Source of the DNA: Eledone cirrhosa
Lineage: Eukaryota
DNA: 64,000 nucleotides
Direction of reading: 5' to 3'
NCBI GenBank assembly: GCA_964016885.1
Contig: OZ024764.1
Span: 20,026,001 to 20,090,000, forward strand
The notes beneath the pieces were generated by a model, which saw only the letters and a list, made by a program, of their open reading frames with translations, was not told the origin of the DNA and did not search any database. The number at the start of each line of letters is the position of its first letter. Position 1 is the stretch's first letter. The translations under genes and the position numbers were made by a program. Positions 50,420 through 64,000 of this stretch are shown here, in pieces.

Positions 50420-52298
50420 AGTGCTCTTTCTCTCCCACTGTATTTACCTGCCTCTCACATGACCACACTCCTCTCTACGCACTCATCATCTTCTCACTCC
50501 TTCTACACCTTCCATCGCTGGCCCTCTACTGCCGGCTGTTGCCAGCCGCCACCTGATTGCGCCCTCTGTGCCCGCACTAACCAGTACTTAAAGACAATTA
50601 AATGTCACCTATGCCACACAAGCTACCACAGAAGCTGTGTCAGCATCACCAAAGCTCAAGCCGAAAGGCTTCAACATTGGACCTGTCATCGGTGCCACTT
50701 CAGCTCCGTCTATTCCGTGGTTTTGACCAACACTCTACCGACGACTTTCCACAGCCCCCCAGGGCTTCTCCAAATCAAAGCTCCTTAGGAGCCCCGATCG
50801 CAGAACTGGCCTTCAAGTCAACCATCCAATCGAAGATGGTTGGCCTTGAGCAGCTGCTGAGGAATATTGAAGATATCGAACCCCATCAAAGTTTCTTCTT
50901 ACTCAGGAACTACCTGTCTATTCCTAAGCTTCTGTATCTGCTCAGGGTCAGCCCCTCTCACAGATTTCCATCCTGCCTCCAACGCTTCGACGACCTAATC
51001 TTGGAGAGACTCGAGTGTCTGGTCAATGTTAGTAAATGTTCGTCCCTCTCTCTCCCCTGCTTCCTTTCCTCCACCCAAGCTTGCAGCATCCTCTCCTCTC
51101 CAACATGGACTAGTTCCAACAGGGAGTTGTGTGAAGCTCTCCAGCAATGGAGTGAGTTGGGCTTGTCTCTTCCTGAGAAGGTGGAGGACAGTTGAAGTCA
51201 GAGAACTTGGGACAGGATACGTTGGAATGCCACCTTCGACTCCCTCTTCGTCCTCTCAGATCAGTTTACAAGGTGCCGCTTACCATCTGCCAGTGCCAAA
51301 TACTCCGGTGACTGGGTCGATGCCTTACCCGTGGCCAACGTTGGAAGCCTACTCAGCCTGGATGAACTTCGTGTCTCCATCACCCTCAGAGTGGGAGCTG
51401 ACGTCTGCATGGGTTTGAGATGTGGCTAACTCCTCGACTCCACAGGCCCCCACTGTCTTTCTTGCTGCCTGAATGCCGGCCACTTCGCCCGTCACACGGA
51501 GCTAAACTTTATTCTGAAGAGAGCTTTGGCCCGGGCAAACATCCCCTCGGTCTTGGAACCATCTGGGTTGTCCAGAAGTGACGGCAAAAGACCTGACGGC
51601 CTTACCCTGTGACCCTGGTCGAGAGGCAGGTGCTTAATCTGGGACGTCACTGTTAGTGACTCCTTTGCTCTTTCCCACATCCTTGATGCTGCGGTAAGGA
51701 CGAGAGCCACAGCTTCGGCAGCCGAGTGGAGTAAGACCCTCAAATACTCTGATCTGTCGGCCAGCTACATTTTTCAGCCTGTGGGTTTCGAGACGTTTGG
51801 GGGAGTCAGGCCGCTGACTGCGATGTTCCTTTCCTCACTGGCGGCTCGCCTTATAGAGTTAACTGTCGAAATCGCGAGGGCGTTTGGCTGTTGCAGCTCT
51901 TCAGCCTCGCCATCACCCGAGGTAACACTGCCAGTGTGCTGGCTTGCCTCAAAACTCATTAGAGAGGTTTCCCAGTACCCCTCGTTGCTGTCTTTTGCCC
52001 TGGTGTTGGCTCCGTTGTTCACCCCTTCCTTTACATTTTCTTTAATATTGCAACATGGAAGGAATTTATCTTTCATTGTATCATCCTTTATAGTGTTACC
52101 GAGGCATTTGTAATGTTATTTATATATTTAAAACATATTTCTTATGTTATTCTACTGTAAATTTATTTATATGCTCTGTTTATATTTTCATTCTGAAGGA
52201 ACTTATCCACTTGTGTTGATATAAGTGATGCTATGACTTTCCTCTAAGCATTGTGTCATTATATATGTTATTATAAACGTGAATAAATTGAATTTATA
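50420..52298 (+). mobile_element. CRE-clade retrotransposon remnant with an N-terminal PHD-type finger (U3 copy, longer)
   Basis: CALC..CHLC..H..C..CHRC (~50555-50700), LGAPI, FFLLRNYLSIPKLLYLLR and [15 protein letters not shown]. Most of the RT is deleted. Confidence 0.85.
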
Positions 52299-52548
52299 GT
52301 GTGATAATAGGCCACACCTCACACCCTAGGGGTTAACTACACACTTTGAGGCAAGACAACACACCGGCAGCATTACAACGGGTGATGGTGAGGCTAAGGT
52401 GCTGAAATAACCAGGTACCCTCACGGGTATCACCTGACGCCTCAGTAAGGTAAGGCTACGGTGCTGAGATAACCAGGTACTCTTACTGATATCACCTGAC
52501 ACCTCAGTAAGGTGAGGCTATGGTGCTGAAATAACCAGGTACCCTCAT

Positions 52549-52908
52549 GGAAACGACTAGATTTGTAGAATAAGTAGGGTGAAAGTATACAAAGAGATGT
52601 AGTTTCACAGATCTACTCACACCTCACGTTGGGTGGGAATAATTATTTTTCTTAGAATTCTTGCTATACCCCTTTTCCAGTATTTTTTCTCTGAACCCCT
52701 TAGATACTTGCAATAGACGTTTTATTTCCCAGTATTAGGATTAGGGTTTCCGTTTTCAGGAAGAAAAGTCGATTGCAAACATCTAAGAGGTCGAGAAATA
52801 AAATTAAGGAAAGATAATTATTTCCCAGCCAACTGGAGAAGTGTGTAGCTCTTCTAAACACCGATAATCCTGTCTCCCACTTCTTTATCTACAAATCTAG
52901 TCGTTTCC
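52549..52908. mobile_element. Mutator-like MITE (U3 copy)
   Basis: Same TIRs as 3295-3652. Confidence 0.75.
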
Positions 52909-53551
52909 TGCTACTTTGTTCCCTGGGGTATGCCTTAGTATTTGACACCATCTATCTGTCTTACTCCCTAACTAGCAAGGAGTCAATCTGTCTCATGTGC
53001 TCACCTGATTGGTAGGTTATTAGGTGGTTGGTAGGTTTCTTGAAGTGTTGCAAATGGTTAGTTCACTTCCATCACAAAATACAAGAAGCCTCACTCCTTC
53101 ATCGTTTCTTGAGCCATAACCATGACCACCATGTACCCCAGTATATCCATCCTGGAACTGTCCAACATGACCATTGAAGTCCCCTGCTATTATAACTAGG
53201 TCTCTGTCATTGTGGTTATCTCTACTTATTCCTTTTCTACATATGGAGCAGGGCCACTTTCCTGAAGGGGTCAGGGTCTTCTCTCCTATCCATTACCACT
53301 TTAGTTTTGGCTAAGTATATTCTCAGAACTTACCATTTCAAATTCTATATCTATAGTTGGTCATCTACATAGAGAAGTTTCCATAGACAGCCAGTCTTAA
53401 ACCTCTCTGTTATGGCTTGGAGAACTATGATGAACAACAGTGGGCTAAGAACTAAACCATGATGAACTCCTACCTGTACCTTCAATTCCTCACTAGACAC
53501 ACTTTACTGACAGCTTCTCACAAGCTATTCTTCTACACCTAATTTCTTTAA

Positions 53552-53759
53552 CCCTTTAGTATATAAACTGGCCATATCTGGCCAGAATTCTCCCACATCT
53601 TTCTGTTCAAACTGGCCGTAACTGGTCACTTATACTTATGTGAAGGTATTGTTCTCAAAATAAGTAACATCAAAATCTCATAGATTTGATATTATGTGAG
53701 ATAAAGCATTTACTGTGAAAATATAATAGTAAATATAGAGTAATGTGAATACTAAAGGG
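53552..53759. mobile_element. piggyBac-like MITE (U3 copy)
   Basis: TTAA-flanked CCCTTTAGTAT TIRs. Confidence 0.85.
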
Positions 53760-54016
53760 TTAATCTAATGTCACTAATAACTACTTTTATCAGTCAGTAT
53801 AATCTAATGTCACTAATAACTACTTTTATCAGTCAGTATAATCTAATGTCACTAATAACTACTTTTATCAGTCAGTTTAATCTAATGTCACTAATAACTA
53901 CTTTTATCAGTCAGTTTAATCTAATGTCACTAATAACTACTTTTATCAGTCAGTATAATCTAATGCCACTAATAACTACTTTTATCAGTCAGTATAATCT
54001 ACTGCCACTAATAACT
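53760..54016. repeat. 39-bp minisatellite, about 6.5 units
   Basis: Same unit as the 10039 array. Confidence 0.95.
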
Positions 54017-54961
54017 AACCTATGTTAGTCAGCACATTCTTCACCAAGGAAGGCCTTAGTATTTATTACAGTCCATTTATCAATATAGAAATATCATATG
54101 AAAATTGTACTGATGTATTACAAGTTTCTGAGTATCTTATAATGTTCTTTTATTATTTCAGAATACCAGAGGACATTGGCATTAAAGAGCACGTTACATC
54201 AGACATATCCTCAACATTAACCATTTCTAATGAAAGACACTACCCATCATTTTCAAATAATTTTGAAAACAATCAATACTTTGAAGGGATTTAGTAATAT
54301 AACTAAATTTCTCAGTATTAAGCTGTTATTTGGAACATAACTTTGCACAATTTCATGAAGTTATAATGGAAAGTTTTTAGATAAATATAAAGACTGGTAT
54401 GAAAAGGATAAAACACTTTTATATCAGTTGTTTCATCAACACCATTATTTAAAGACTAAAGGAAGCCGTTATACAGAACAGATACAACCTTGTTTATATA
54501 AATCTATGGGAGAAATACTGTGAAATATTTCTTGTAAACTCAATAACACTTCTATTCTTTGCTGTCTGGAATATGTAGAAGATACAAAATAAGGCTGAAG
54601 AAATTTACAAATGATTTTGTAAGATCTTCATATATTGACAAAGTTGATAGTAGATGGAACTACAGGAGTAGAAATATTTCCATTATTACAAGAATAACTA
54701 ATCAAATAAAAATCAGAAAAATTAGATTCTTCACTGTCTGGAATATGTACAAGATGATTTTATATGTATATTAAACTTGAGTAGATCTACAAAACAGTTT
54801 GTATCATCTTTAAATATAAAGAAAGACCAAAGTTGATAAAAATATATCTGGAGGAATATATTTTAGGAATAATATTATAAACATAAAGGAGAAAAATATC
54901 CATATATTGACAGGAGAGAAATATTAAAACTGTGAATTATGTGAGAAACTGAGGTGATTGA

Positions 54962-56011
<1,050 letters not shown>

Positions 56012-57199
56012 CTGTATCAATATCAAACTCATTACATCATACTACAACAACAACAACAATTGTGTAGATCCATCATCCTGGCTAAAACTGGGGATAACCT
56101 TGTAGGTTTTACCTATGACAGGGATCATAAACACCAGGTTTCCATTTTTGAAGTAGTGTTTGAAGATTTTGTGTAAATTGAAGTTTTTCACATTAAACTT
56201 TGATTTATTATACTTTAACAGGTAAGATATATATTTGTATTTTTAGTAAAGGTTGGGAACTTCTGTAATTTAAACATGCCAATAAAATGAAAACTTTTGT
56301 TGTTGCTAGTCTGACATTGATATTAATTCTATTGTCCTGTACATTGTCTCAAATATCACAGATTAAACAGATTTTAACAATAACACCAGAAATCAATAAC
56401 TTGTAAGCCTAATATCTAGCTTCCATTTTAACTATTTGATATTGTTGTTCCCCTCCTGTCTCTTCAGGTCTTTTAGATTTCAACTTCTATCTACTGTACT
56501 ATTCCATCACCAAGGCAACATTCATCTGGCTGGCAGCTTACATCAACTACAGATCTCATCAGTGGTTCACAACAGGCTGTCTGAAAGAAACTTCCAGATA
56601 TCTTCTATGTCATAGCTATCAATCTCCTCCTCCTTATATGTATCATGTAGAACATCTCTGAATTTATATTTAACAGGGAGATCTTTTACTATCCCTACCC
56701 TTTTCTATAGGTTGTCTTGTACCTCTCTCACAGTCCCTCTAGATCTTATATTTAACAGGGAGATATTTTACTGTCCCTACCCTTTTCTCTAGGTTGTCTT
56801 GTACCAGTCTCACAGTACCTCTAGATCTTATATTTAACAGGGAGATCTTTTACTTTCCAACCCTTCTATCTCCAGATAGTCTTGTATCTGTCAGTCCCTC
56901 TAGATCTTACACCTAGTATCTAGTCTATGTTGAGTGGTACGTCCTTCTACAGTAAAGGAGTTAATATTCCCAACCATCTGTCTATCCTGTTTTCTGATGA
57001 GAATGAAGTCAATCTAGTTTATCTCTTCACCTGATTGAAGTAACTAGATCAAGTAACTAGATGGTTTCCTGTAAGTTAGTGTTGCAATGTTTGTGTCACC
57101 ATGTAAGGTTTATATCTATTAATATAGAGATGTACTAAAGTTTTCACTGTTGTATCTCTATTTTCTAAATATCTTAATAATGTTTCTCTACTATTTCAG

Positions 57200-57585
57200 A
57201 ATATCACATGACCTTGACAGAAAAGAGTCTTTTAAAGACAACAGAAAGATGTTACATACAAGTGATATAAACTTGTTTAGTCTGTGGTGAATTATGGTGA
57301 AATATTTCTTCTGAATTGAGATAAATAACAACATTTTCCTTTTTCACTGTCTGGAATATTTACAAGATGATTTTACATTCTGATTAAACTTTGGATATTT
57401 ACAAAGGAGTTTTCAAAATATTTGGATATTGACAAAGATCACATTTGGTAAAATTATGAACAATAGAAATATTTACATCAACATAGGCATATTTTCCAGA
57501 AGAGATGGGAAAATCATTATACCACTGTAATATTTGTGGTAAAGTATTCTCTCTTCTTTATATGTAGAACTTCTAACTAAACACT
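57200..57585 (+). pseudogene. Decayed second ZNF exon (U3)
   Basis: Acceptor at 57199|57200 and MGKSLYHCNICGKVFS at 57505. Confidence 0.72.
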
Positions 57586-57695
57586 TTAACTAACAAACTA
57601 TTGTGCTATAGAATTGACAAACTTGAGCAATGTTTAATAAATGTTACAGATTTCTCCAAACTGTCGTTTACTAACTTTAATTTGAAACTATATTA

Positions 57696-58060
57696 TCTAT
57701 ATACTACTAAAACTCTGTGATTGTGTCTTGTCTGTAATTTAATACAGCTAAAACAGTGCATAATGGGGAAATACTTTGAAAGGAATAAAACAAGATTCGT
57801 ATAAAATGGAGCACAGGTTCCCAAGATACGGGGTTTTCTGGGTACCTTCATAAATATAGGGAGAGAAAGAGATAGTGGTTGTGAGAGAGAGGGAGCTGTG
57901 GTGTTGTTTAATAAAATATGTGTGTGTTGTTTAATAAAATACGTATGTGTATATATATATATACGTATGTGTATATTTTAACTATTTAAAAACTATTTTA
58001 AAATGACTTTTAAAAAATAGTTTTAAGGGAACGTGACCCAATAGGTCCCGGGTGGTCTAA
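57696..58060 (+). mobile_element. Non-autonomous Helitron (U3 copy)
   Basis: A|TC start, with the 3' end mutated to CTAA. Confidence 0.7.
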
Positions 58061-59917
58061 TTTGTTACTAAATACTAGATATTAGAGGGTCATGTTGTTC
58101 TAGATGTGCTGGAAGAGCCATTCCATCTTGTGAGGTTCACACCAGCAGCTAGCCACCTCAGCACCTATGGTGGTATATTTATTATATTATTTATTCTTTA
58201 TCATTAACATTAATATTAAAGATAATTATATATTTTTAGAGAAGAACCTCTAATTTCATATAGCTTAGGGCTTCAGTAGGTAAAAGTCTGGCCCGTCTTG
58301 TCTTGTATTTTTTAGAGGAGAAGTTAGGGAATACTGTTATTGTGTGAAAGTTTTCTAAATCTTCTTCAGCCACTAACATGGAGAAGATATTTCAGTAAGA
58401 AGGTTCACATCCTGACATCTATAGCTGTTAACAATGATATTGGAATTCATTATTAAACAAATGTTATATCATCATGACTGTTTAACATCAGTTTTTCCAT
58501 GCTGGCATGGGTTAGACGAGTTATCCTGTTGTAAGCAATGCCAGGTCAGGTGACCACGTGTTGCTCCTACAGAACAAATTTTGGATTGGTTTCTATTGCT
58601 GGATGCCCTTCCTAGCACCAACCATATTTACATTGAGTACTGGGTGCATTTTACCATCACCACCACTTTACAGTGTGGGCTGGGTGCTTTTTGTTGTGAC
58701 ACCTACATGACCACTTTACAGTCTGGACTGGGTGCTTTTTGTCGTGACACCTACATGACCACTTTATAGTGTGGACTGGGTACTTTTTGTTGTGACACCA
58801 ACATGACCATTTTAAAGTTTTGGCTGGGTACTTTTTGTTGTCACCTACATGACCACTTTACGGTGTGGGCTGGGTGTTTTTGCTGTGACACGTACGCAAC
58901 CGCTTTATAGTGTGGGCTGGTATCTTTTTGTCATATCACCTACATGACCAGTTTATAGTAATGGCTGTGTGTTCTTTACAGTGTGGGCTGGTTTCTTTTT
59001 GTCATATCACCTACATGACCACCTTATAATGTTGACTGTGTGTTCTCTGCAGTGTGGGTTGGGTGCTTTGCAGTGTGGGCAGTGAAATATCAGTAATGCA
59101 CCAGCTCCAATATTCAGTAATCAGAAGAAGAGAGGTAGGCATAAAAGCCAAACTTGCTGTCTTCAATTAGGTTTTTGTGCCAACCCTTACCTATGGTCAC
59201 ATATCTTGGGTAATGACCAAAAGAATATGATTGGGAATACAAATGTCAGATATGGGATTCCTCTGAAGGGTCTTTGAAGGAACTTTTCTCAATAAAGTGC
59301 ATAGCTCTGAGATCAGAGAGTCACTCCAGGTGGAGCTGTTACTTCTCTGAATTGAGAGATCACAGCTGCAATACTATGGCCATGTGGTTAGAATTTGTCT
59401 GAGGAAAGAATCACTGGATAGATTTTACAGGCTAAACTAACTGGCAGGAGACCCAGGGGTATACCTGAGCAAGATGGTCACATAATATCCATGAGCTTGG
59501 CTGGTCTCTCTGGGAGATCCAGCCAGATCAGTTGGAGTGGGTTGCTTCTGACAGGACCTGTTGGAGGGAGTGTTTGAGGACTCTGCCCCCAAGACCCTCT
59601 CTGGAATAAGTGGGTTAATAAGAAGAGGTTGAGGTTACAAAATCAACATCAGATTTCCCTGCTAGCAAGGGTTTAATGAGTCTACTTCAACCAAGTAAGT
59701 ACTGAAGTGAGGCTACTGATCTCCCAGACAGACCAAGGATCTGAGACTTATTTACATAAGGTCTCATTTGCTACTGAGTGCACAGAAATGGTTGTCATGT
59801 CTTTGTCATGATTGAAGGGTTCTCCGACACTATTGTCGGGCAAGCTTTCTATGGCTAGATGTCCTTCACATGACCAACCACATTACAGCCTGTGTTGGGT
59901 GTGTTTATCATGTAGGT

Positions 59918-61963
59918 GAGACATAACAAACTGAGGGTTCCCCAAGGGCCACATAGGTCACATGTGTTGTCTGAGGGTTGCACACTACAACTAATTATGT
60001 ACATTACAACTAATTAAAGTCATTTAATAAAATATATTGCAGAAAGATTTGTTACTTAAATTTAGAAACATACAATGTACATACAAATGTTTTAGCAGCA
60101 TTCATGAATACAAAGTAATGAAGTAGTTTGATAAAAAACTAAAATTTAACATGTCAACATATACTTGCAGATTGTAACAGCAACAAATACATTGTACACA
60201 AATAACAACAGTTGAAAACTGAACATTTATTTGCTACTATTCAACCATTTTTAGTGTTTTGTCCTGAGGCTTGACACTTCTTTCTGTTGACAATGTTTGG
60301 TATGTCTGGCTGAAATGTCTGTACAGTTCCAACTTTAATCAGAGATGACAAGTGTTGATCTGTCAGCCTTGTTCTCTGAGAAGTTTTTGTTAAGCTAAGT
60401 ACAGACTCAGTATGGGCAGTGATTTTCAGCTCTTTGCACATAAAAAATTGAATTAAATTTTCATCTGACAACGGAGACTTCCATAAGGTAAGTTTTCTAA
60501 TGAAGAACTTGATGTCATCATACAACTGAGTGATGGGTTTGTTTTTACCTTGTAATTTCAAATTAAGATCAGTTAATTGTGCAGTAATATCCACAAAAAA
60601 AGCCAGATGTTGGAGCCAACTTTCATCTTTTATTTCACCTGTGTTTTGACCTTTCATCTCCAAAAACATAATTATTTCAACAAATAGAATCTTTTCAGCA
60701 CTTTGTGACATGTCAACCAGCAGACTTCTGTGTAGAATGGAACATCGGTGAACTGATTATCCATATCTTCCAACAACTGGCTGAACTGACGGTGGTTGAG
60801 AGCATGGCCTCTGATTTAGTTCACTGTCTTTGTGACCAAGCTAAGCACATGATGCAATTTTAAAATCTTTCAACATAAATTTTGCTGATGAATAATAGTG
60901 AAAATGTGCAAATGAAGAATCTAGATATGAGTTTTCTATTTTTGTATGTAACTTGGCAGCAACACCATTATGTCTACCAACCATATTCGCAGCACTATCA
61001 GTAGATAAACATGCAAGTTTTCTCAGATCAAAACCATGCAGACACTGCTTTACCTTCTCAAAGATGTCCTGGCTTGTTATAGTGTCATGCATGGGGACCA
61101 GTTCAATCAGTTCTTCATAAATATTAAATTCACAGTCACAGGCCCTGATGAAGAATGCAAACTGTACTATTCCAGTGATGTCAACAGTCTCTTATATAGC
61201 AATAGAAACATGTTCAAACCTTGATGATACAGCCTTTAACTGTTGTTTCAGATCACCTGACATTTCATTAATCTGTTCAGCAACAGTGTTCCTGGTTAAT
61301 GAAATGTCTTTGAATAACTGTGCTTTCTCTGGACAATTTCAGCTGTTTTTACAAGACATTGCTTTACAAAATCTCCTTCACTGTAAGATTTCCCACTCAT
61401 GGCAATCATTCGACTGAGTTCATAGCTTGCAGTAACAGAAGTGATATCCTCTTCCTGAATTAACATAAAACAGGTCTGTTGCTGTGTCAAGTTAGACTTC
61501 AATTCCTTGAGTCTTGAAACACACATTGGGCCTTCATATTTATCGTAAGATTGAGGGTTTGTTTCATAATGTCTTTTTAAATTGTACTCTTTTGTCGTGG
61601 CGATGTAGTTGTTGCAAATTAAACAGTGTATCTTTCTGTTCACCATTGGGCAAAAATACTGTAATTCCCACTTTTCTTGAAACACTTGCCCTTCTTCGTT
61701 CACTTTCCTTTTTCTCTTAGCTGGAGGAGCACTAACCATTTCAAAAACAAAATCATTTGAAATTTTGAAAGAAAGTTTTCTGTTAATGAACTGCACGTGA
61801 TTAATGGAAGTTAAAAGTAGTTGACAAAAATTGCACCAAAAAAAATAATTGTATCGAAAATGTTTTAAATTTTATATTAGGAAAATGAAACATGCTCGCA
61901 CTCTAAAAACCTTTGTGTGGGCCGCAGCTTTGCTTGCAAAGGGCCGCATGTTTGACATGTCTG
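59918..61963 (-). mobile_element. Buster-type hAT transposon (U3 copy, ~320-bp internal deletion near 60390)
   Basis: TSD ATGTAGGT and transposase ORF fragments at 61296-61796, 60841-61092 and 60241-60711. Confidence 0.92.
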
Positions 61964-62779
61964 ATGTAGGTTACCAACACTAGGGAGGGCAGCATGTCCT
62001 TCAGTGTGTTCTGCTACATTAACTACCTGGAGGTCACCACATGAGACAAAGACTACATTTCAAAGAAGGGTCATAAAAGAACTAAATACGAAAGTACCCA
62101 CAATGCAGCAACAAGCAAATAATTGAGCTTTGGGTCTAGGTTAAGGGGGCAGAAGTGCTGCGCCCTGTGGATAAGACTGCAAAAGTATTCGCCCCGGACG
62201 ATGGACAGTGACACCCACTGCAACAGCCACCCCAACCTCATGGGGCTCCCTCTTCAGAAGGGCCACCAACGTTGTGATCTTACAAAGGAGCTTGGCATTA
62301 CGGGGTCCAAGTACTTCTGAGGTCTTGATGGTGACCAGTGTGAAGAGACCTACAATTGATGTCATCCCAGTTATGTTGGACTGTAATATACTGGGGTATA
62401 GAGATGCCTTAACCTGTCTCAGCCGGGCCACCCAGGGTTGTGTCATCTAGGTACTAGACAGGGGTGACTAGACCATGTTGTCAACTGTCACCACCAATAG
62501 GAGTGAGGCGAGTGGGTCCCCTTGCTAGACACCATATATAAAAACGTATTTGTTAATTACTTTAATGAATAATTTGTTTCATACGTAATTATTACTTTTA
62601 ACACAACAGGATTTTGTACACGTGTTTGTTTGAAAACATCTTTCAAAGAAGTATGAGACAGTCTTTTGTAGTCTTCTGGAGTTGCGACCGATAGATAGTA
62701 TTAGCAATTGGAAAGACCAATGGAAACATTGTTTCCTCGGTCCGATTTGACGAAAAGTCGATCGTAAAGAAAAAATATA

Positions 62780-64000
62780 TATATTTATATATTAATTCTA
62801 TCGTATCCTCCAATTCCTTAATTCTATCGTATTCTCAAACAAAAAACAAAATCCTTCCCATTCTACTTCTCATAAATTCCTTTAAATATATATATTATGC
62901 TACCTCGAAAGTCAAAAATCCCGCTGATACACCCTTCACCCTCCATCTTCTTCACGAGGGGCTGCGGTCAGCCACTCTCTCTCTCCCCCTTCCCCCTCTC
63001 TCTCTCTTCCCCTTCCCCTCTCTCTCTCTCTTAGCTACACATATATATATATATATATATAAGATAAATTCCCGTTTTTGTTTATTCACTTTCGCCAAAC
63101 AATTGCTGCTTCAATTATTCCTACTACGGTGTACCCATGTAGTCGTAACGTTCACATTTTTCTATCTACTCCACGCCACAATTTCGTACATAGTCCAAAC
63201 ATCCAATCTCGCAAAATCCGAAATCTGTATTTTTTGTTATTTATTTAGGTTTAAATACGGTGTTTTTGTCGTATTGAACAGAACAAATCTTGCAGTTTTG
63301 CTTTTTGTTAATCGCTTGTTAAACATTCATAAACTTCAAGCTAGCTACCCCACACCCCTCCCACCCCCATTCTTAATACGTGGACCAATCATAAGCCAGA
63401 GACCCCCCCCCCCCCACACGCATCACCATTATTATTATTACGCGGACCAATCATAAGCCAGAGGCCTATACTATCGCTTGCACGGTTGCCTTCGATATAT
63501 GATGGATGGATGGATGGATGGATGGACGGACGGCGGAATCCTGGAGAGTGGAAGGGAGAGAAAAATCTGGACGCTCAGAGCGAAAATGCCAAAGTTAAAG
63601 TCAAATTCACCTCGTGGACGAGAATGCGAGCACTCCTCTTTGTTTCGTCCGCGGATGGCTAACATAACCCCATCTCCCCCGCCCCCCACCACCCCCACCC
63701 TCCAAACGCAATCCAAAACTTCAAAGTTGGTACCATAAATGTAGGCACCCTAAAGGGTCGCGCTAACGAGGTTGTAGAAATGCTTGAACGTAAGGAGGTC
63801 GATGTTTGTTGTATTCAAGAGACCAGGTGGAGGGGTGGGTCTGCTAGATTCATTGAGGGTAAAAAACGATGTTATAAGCTTTTCTGGGTGGGAAACGACG
63901 ATGGGCTGGGTGGAGTAGGAATCATGGTAGCAGAAAAGTGGGCAGATAAGATAATAGACGTAAATAGAGTGAACGACAGAATAATTAAAATACGACTTGT
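62780..64000 (+). mobile_element. RTE LINE 5' end (5' UTR and start of the endonuclease), runs off the right edge
   Basis: From ~63720 the frame reads FKVGTINVGTLKGRANEVVEMLERKEVDVCCIQETRWRGGSAR...DDGLGGVGI and stays open to the window end. Homology to U2 stops at ~62770. The UTR is microsatellite-rich. Confidence 0.9.

Noticed and set aside
54022-54774. Upstream ORFs as an N-terminal effector domain for the ZNFs
   Set aside because: The paralogous sequence has stops or deletions in U1 and U2, the ORFs are not in continuous frame with the finger array, and no KRAB, BTB, SCAN or ZAD-like motif is recognisable.

Overview
This is eukaryotic, repeat-dense DNA, most likely from a coleoid cephalopod (octopus-like), inferred from the effector-less [10 protein letters not shown]...[10 protein letters not shown] zinc-finger arrays, abundant RTE LINEs and SINE motifs. 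The window is a tandemly duplicated C2H2 zinc-finger (ZNF) locus built from three large paralogous units: U1 ~2255-33965, U2 ~33966-49100 and U3 ~49100-62770. U1 also contains an apparently identical 7902-bp internal tandem duplication with an 8-bp microhomology junction. There are four ZNF ORFs (13014, 20916, 39606, 54980), and each is followed by a second, decayed ZNF-like exon. The units share a set of old transposon insertions: a Mutator-like MITE, a piggyBac-like MITE, a non-autonomous Helitron, a Buster-type hAT, CRE-clade and RTE fragments, and a tRNA-derived SINE. Unit-specific insertions are a Gypsy element, a Tc1/mariner element, a near full-length RTE, a solo LTR and a second RTE at the right edge. 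The most interesting signals are: (1) a possible single-promoter, alternative-terminal-exon ZNF architecture with a conserved AG|GTAAG site; (2) rapid reshuffling of finger arrays between otherwise very similar paralogs; (3) three different minisatellites each traceable to RTE sequence; (4) pervasive microhomology-bounded rearrangements; and (5) PHD-type fingers in two unrelated LINE clades. All alignments were done by eye and no database searches were run.
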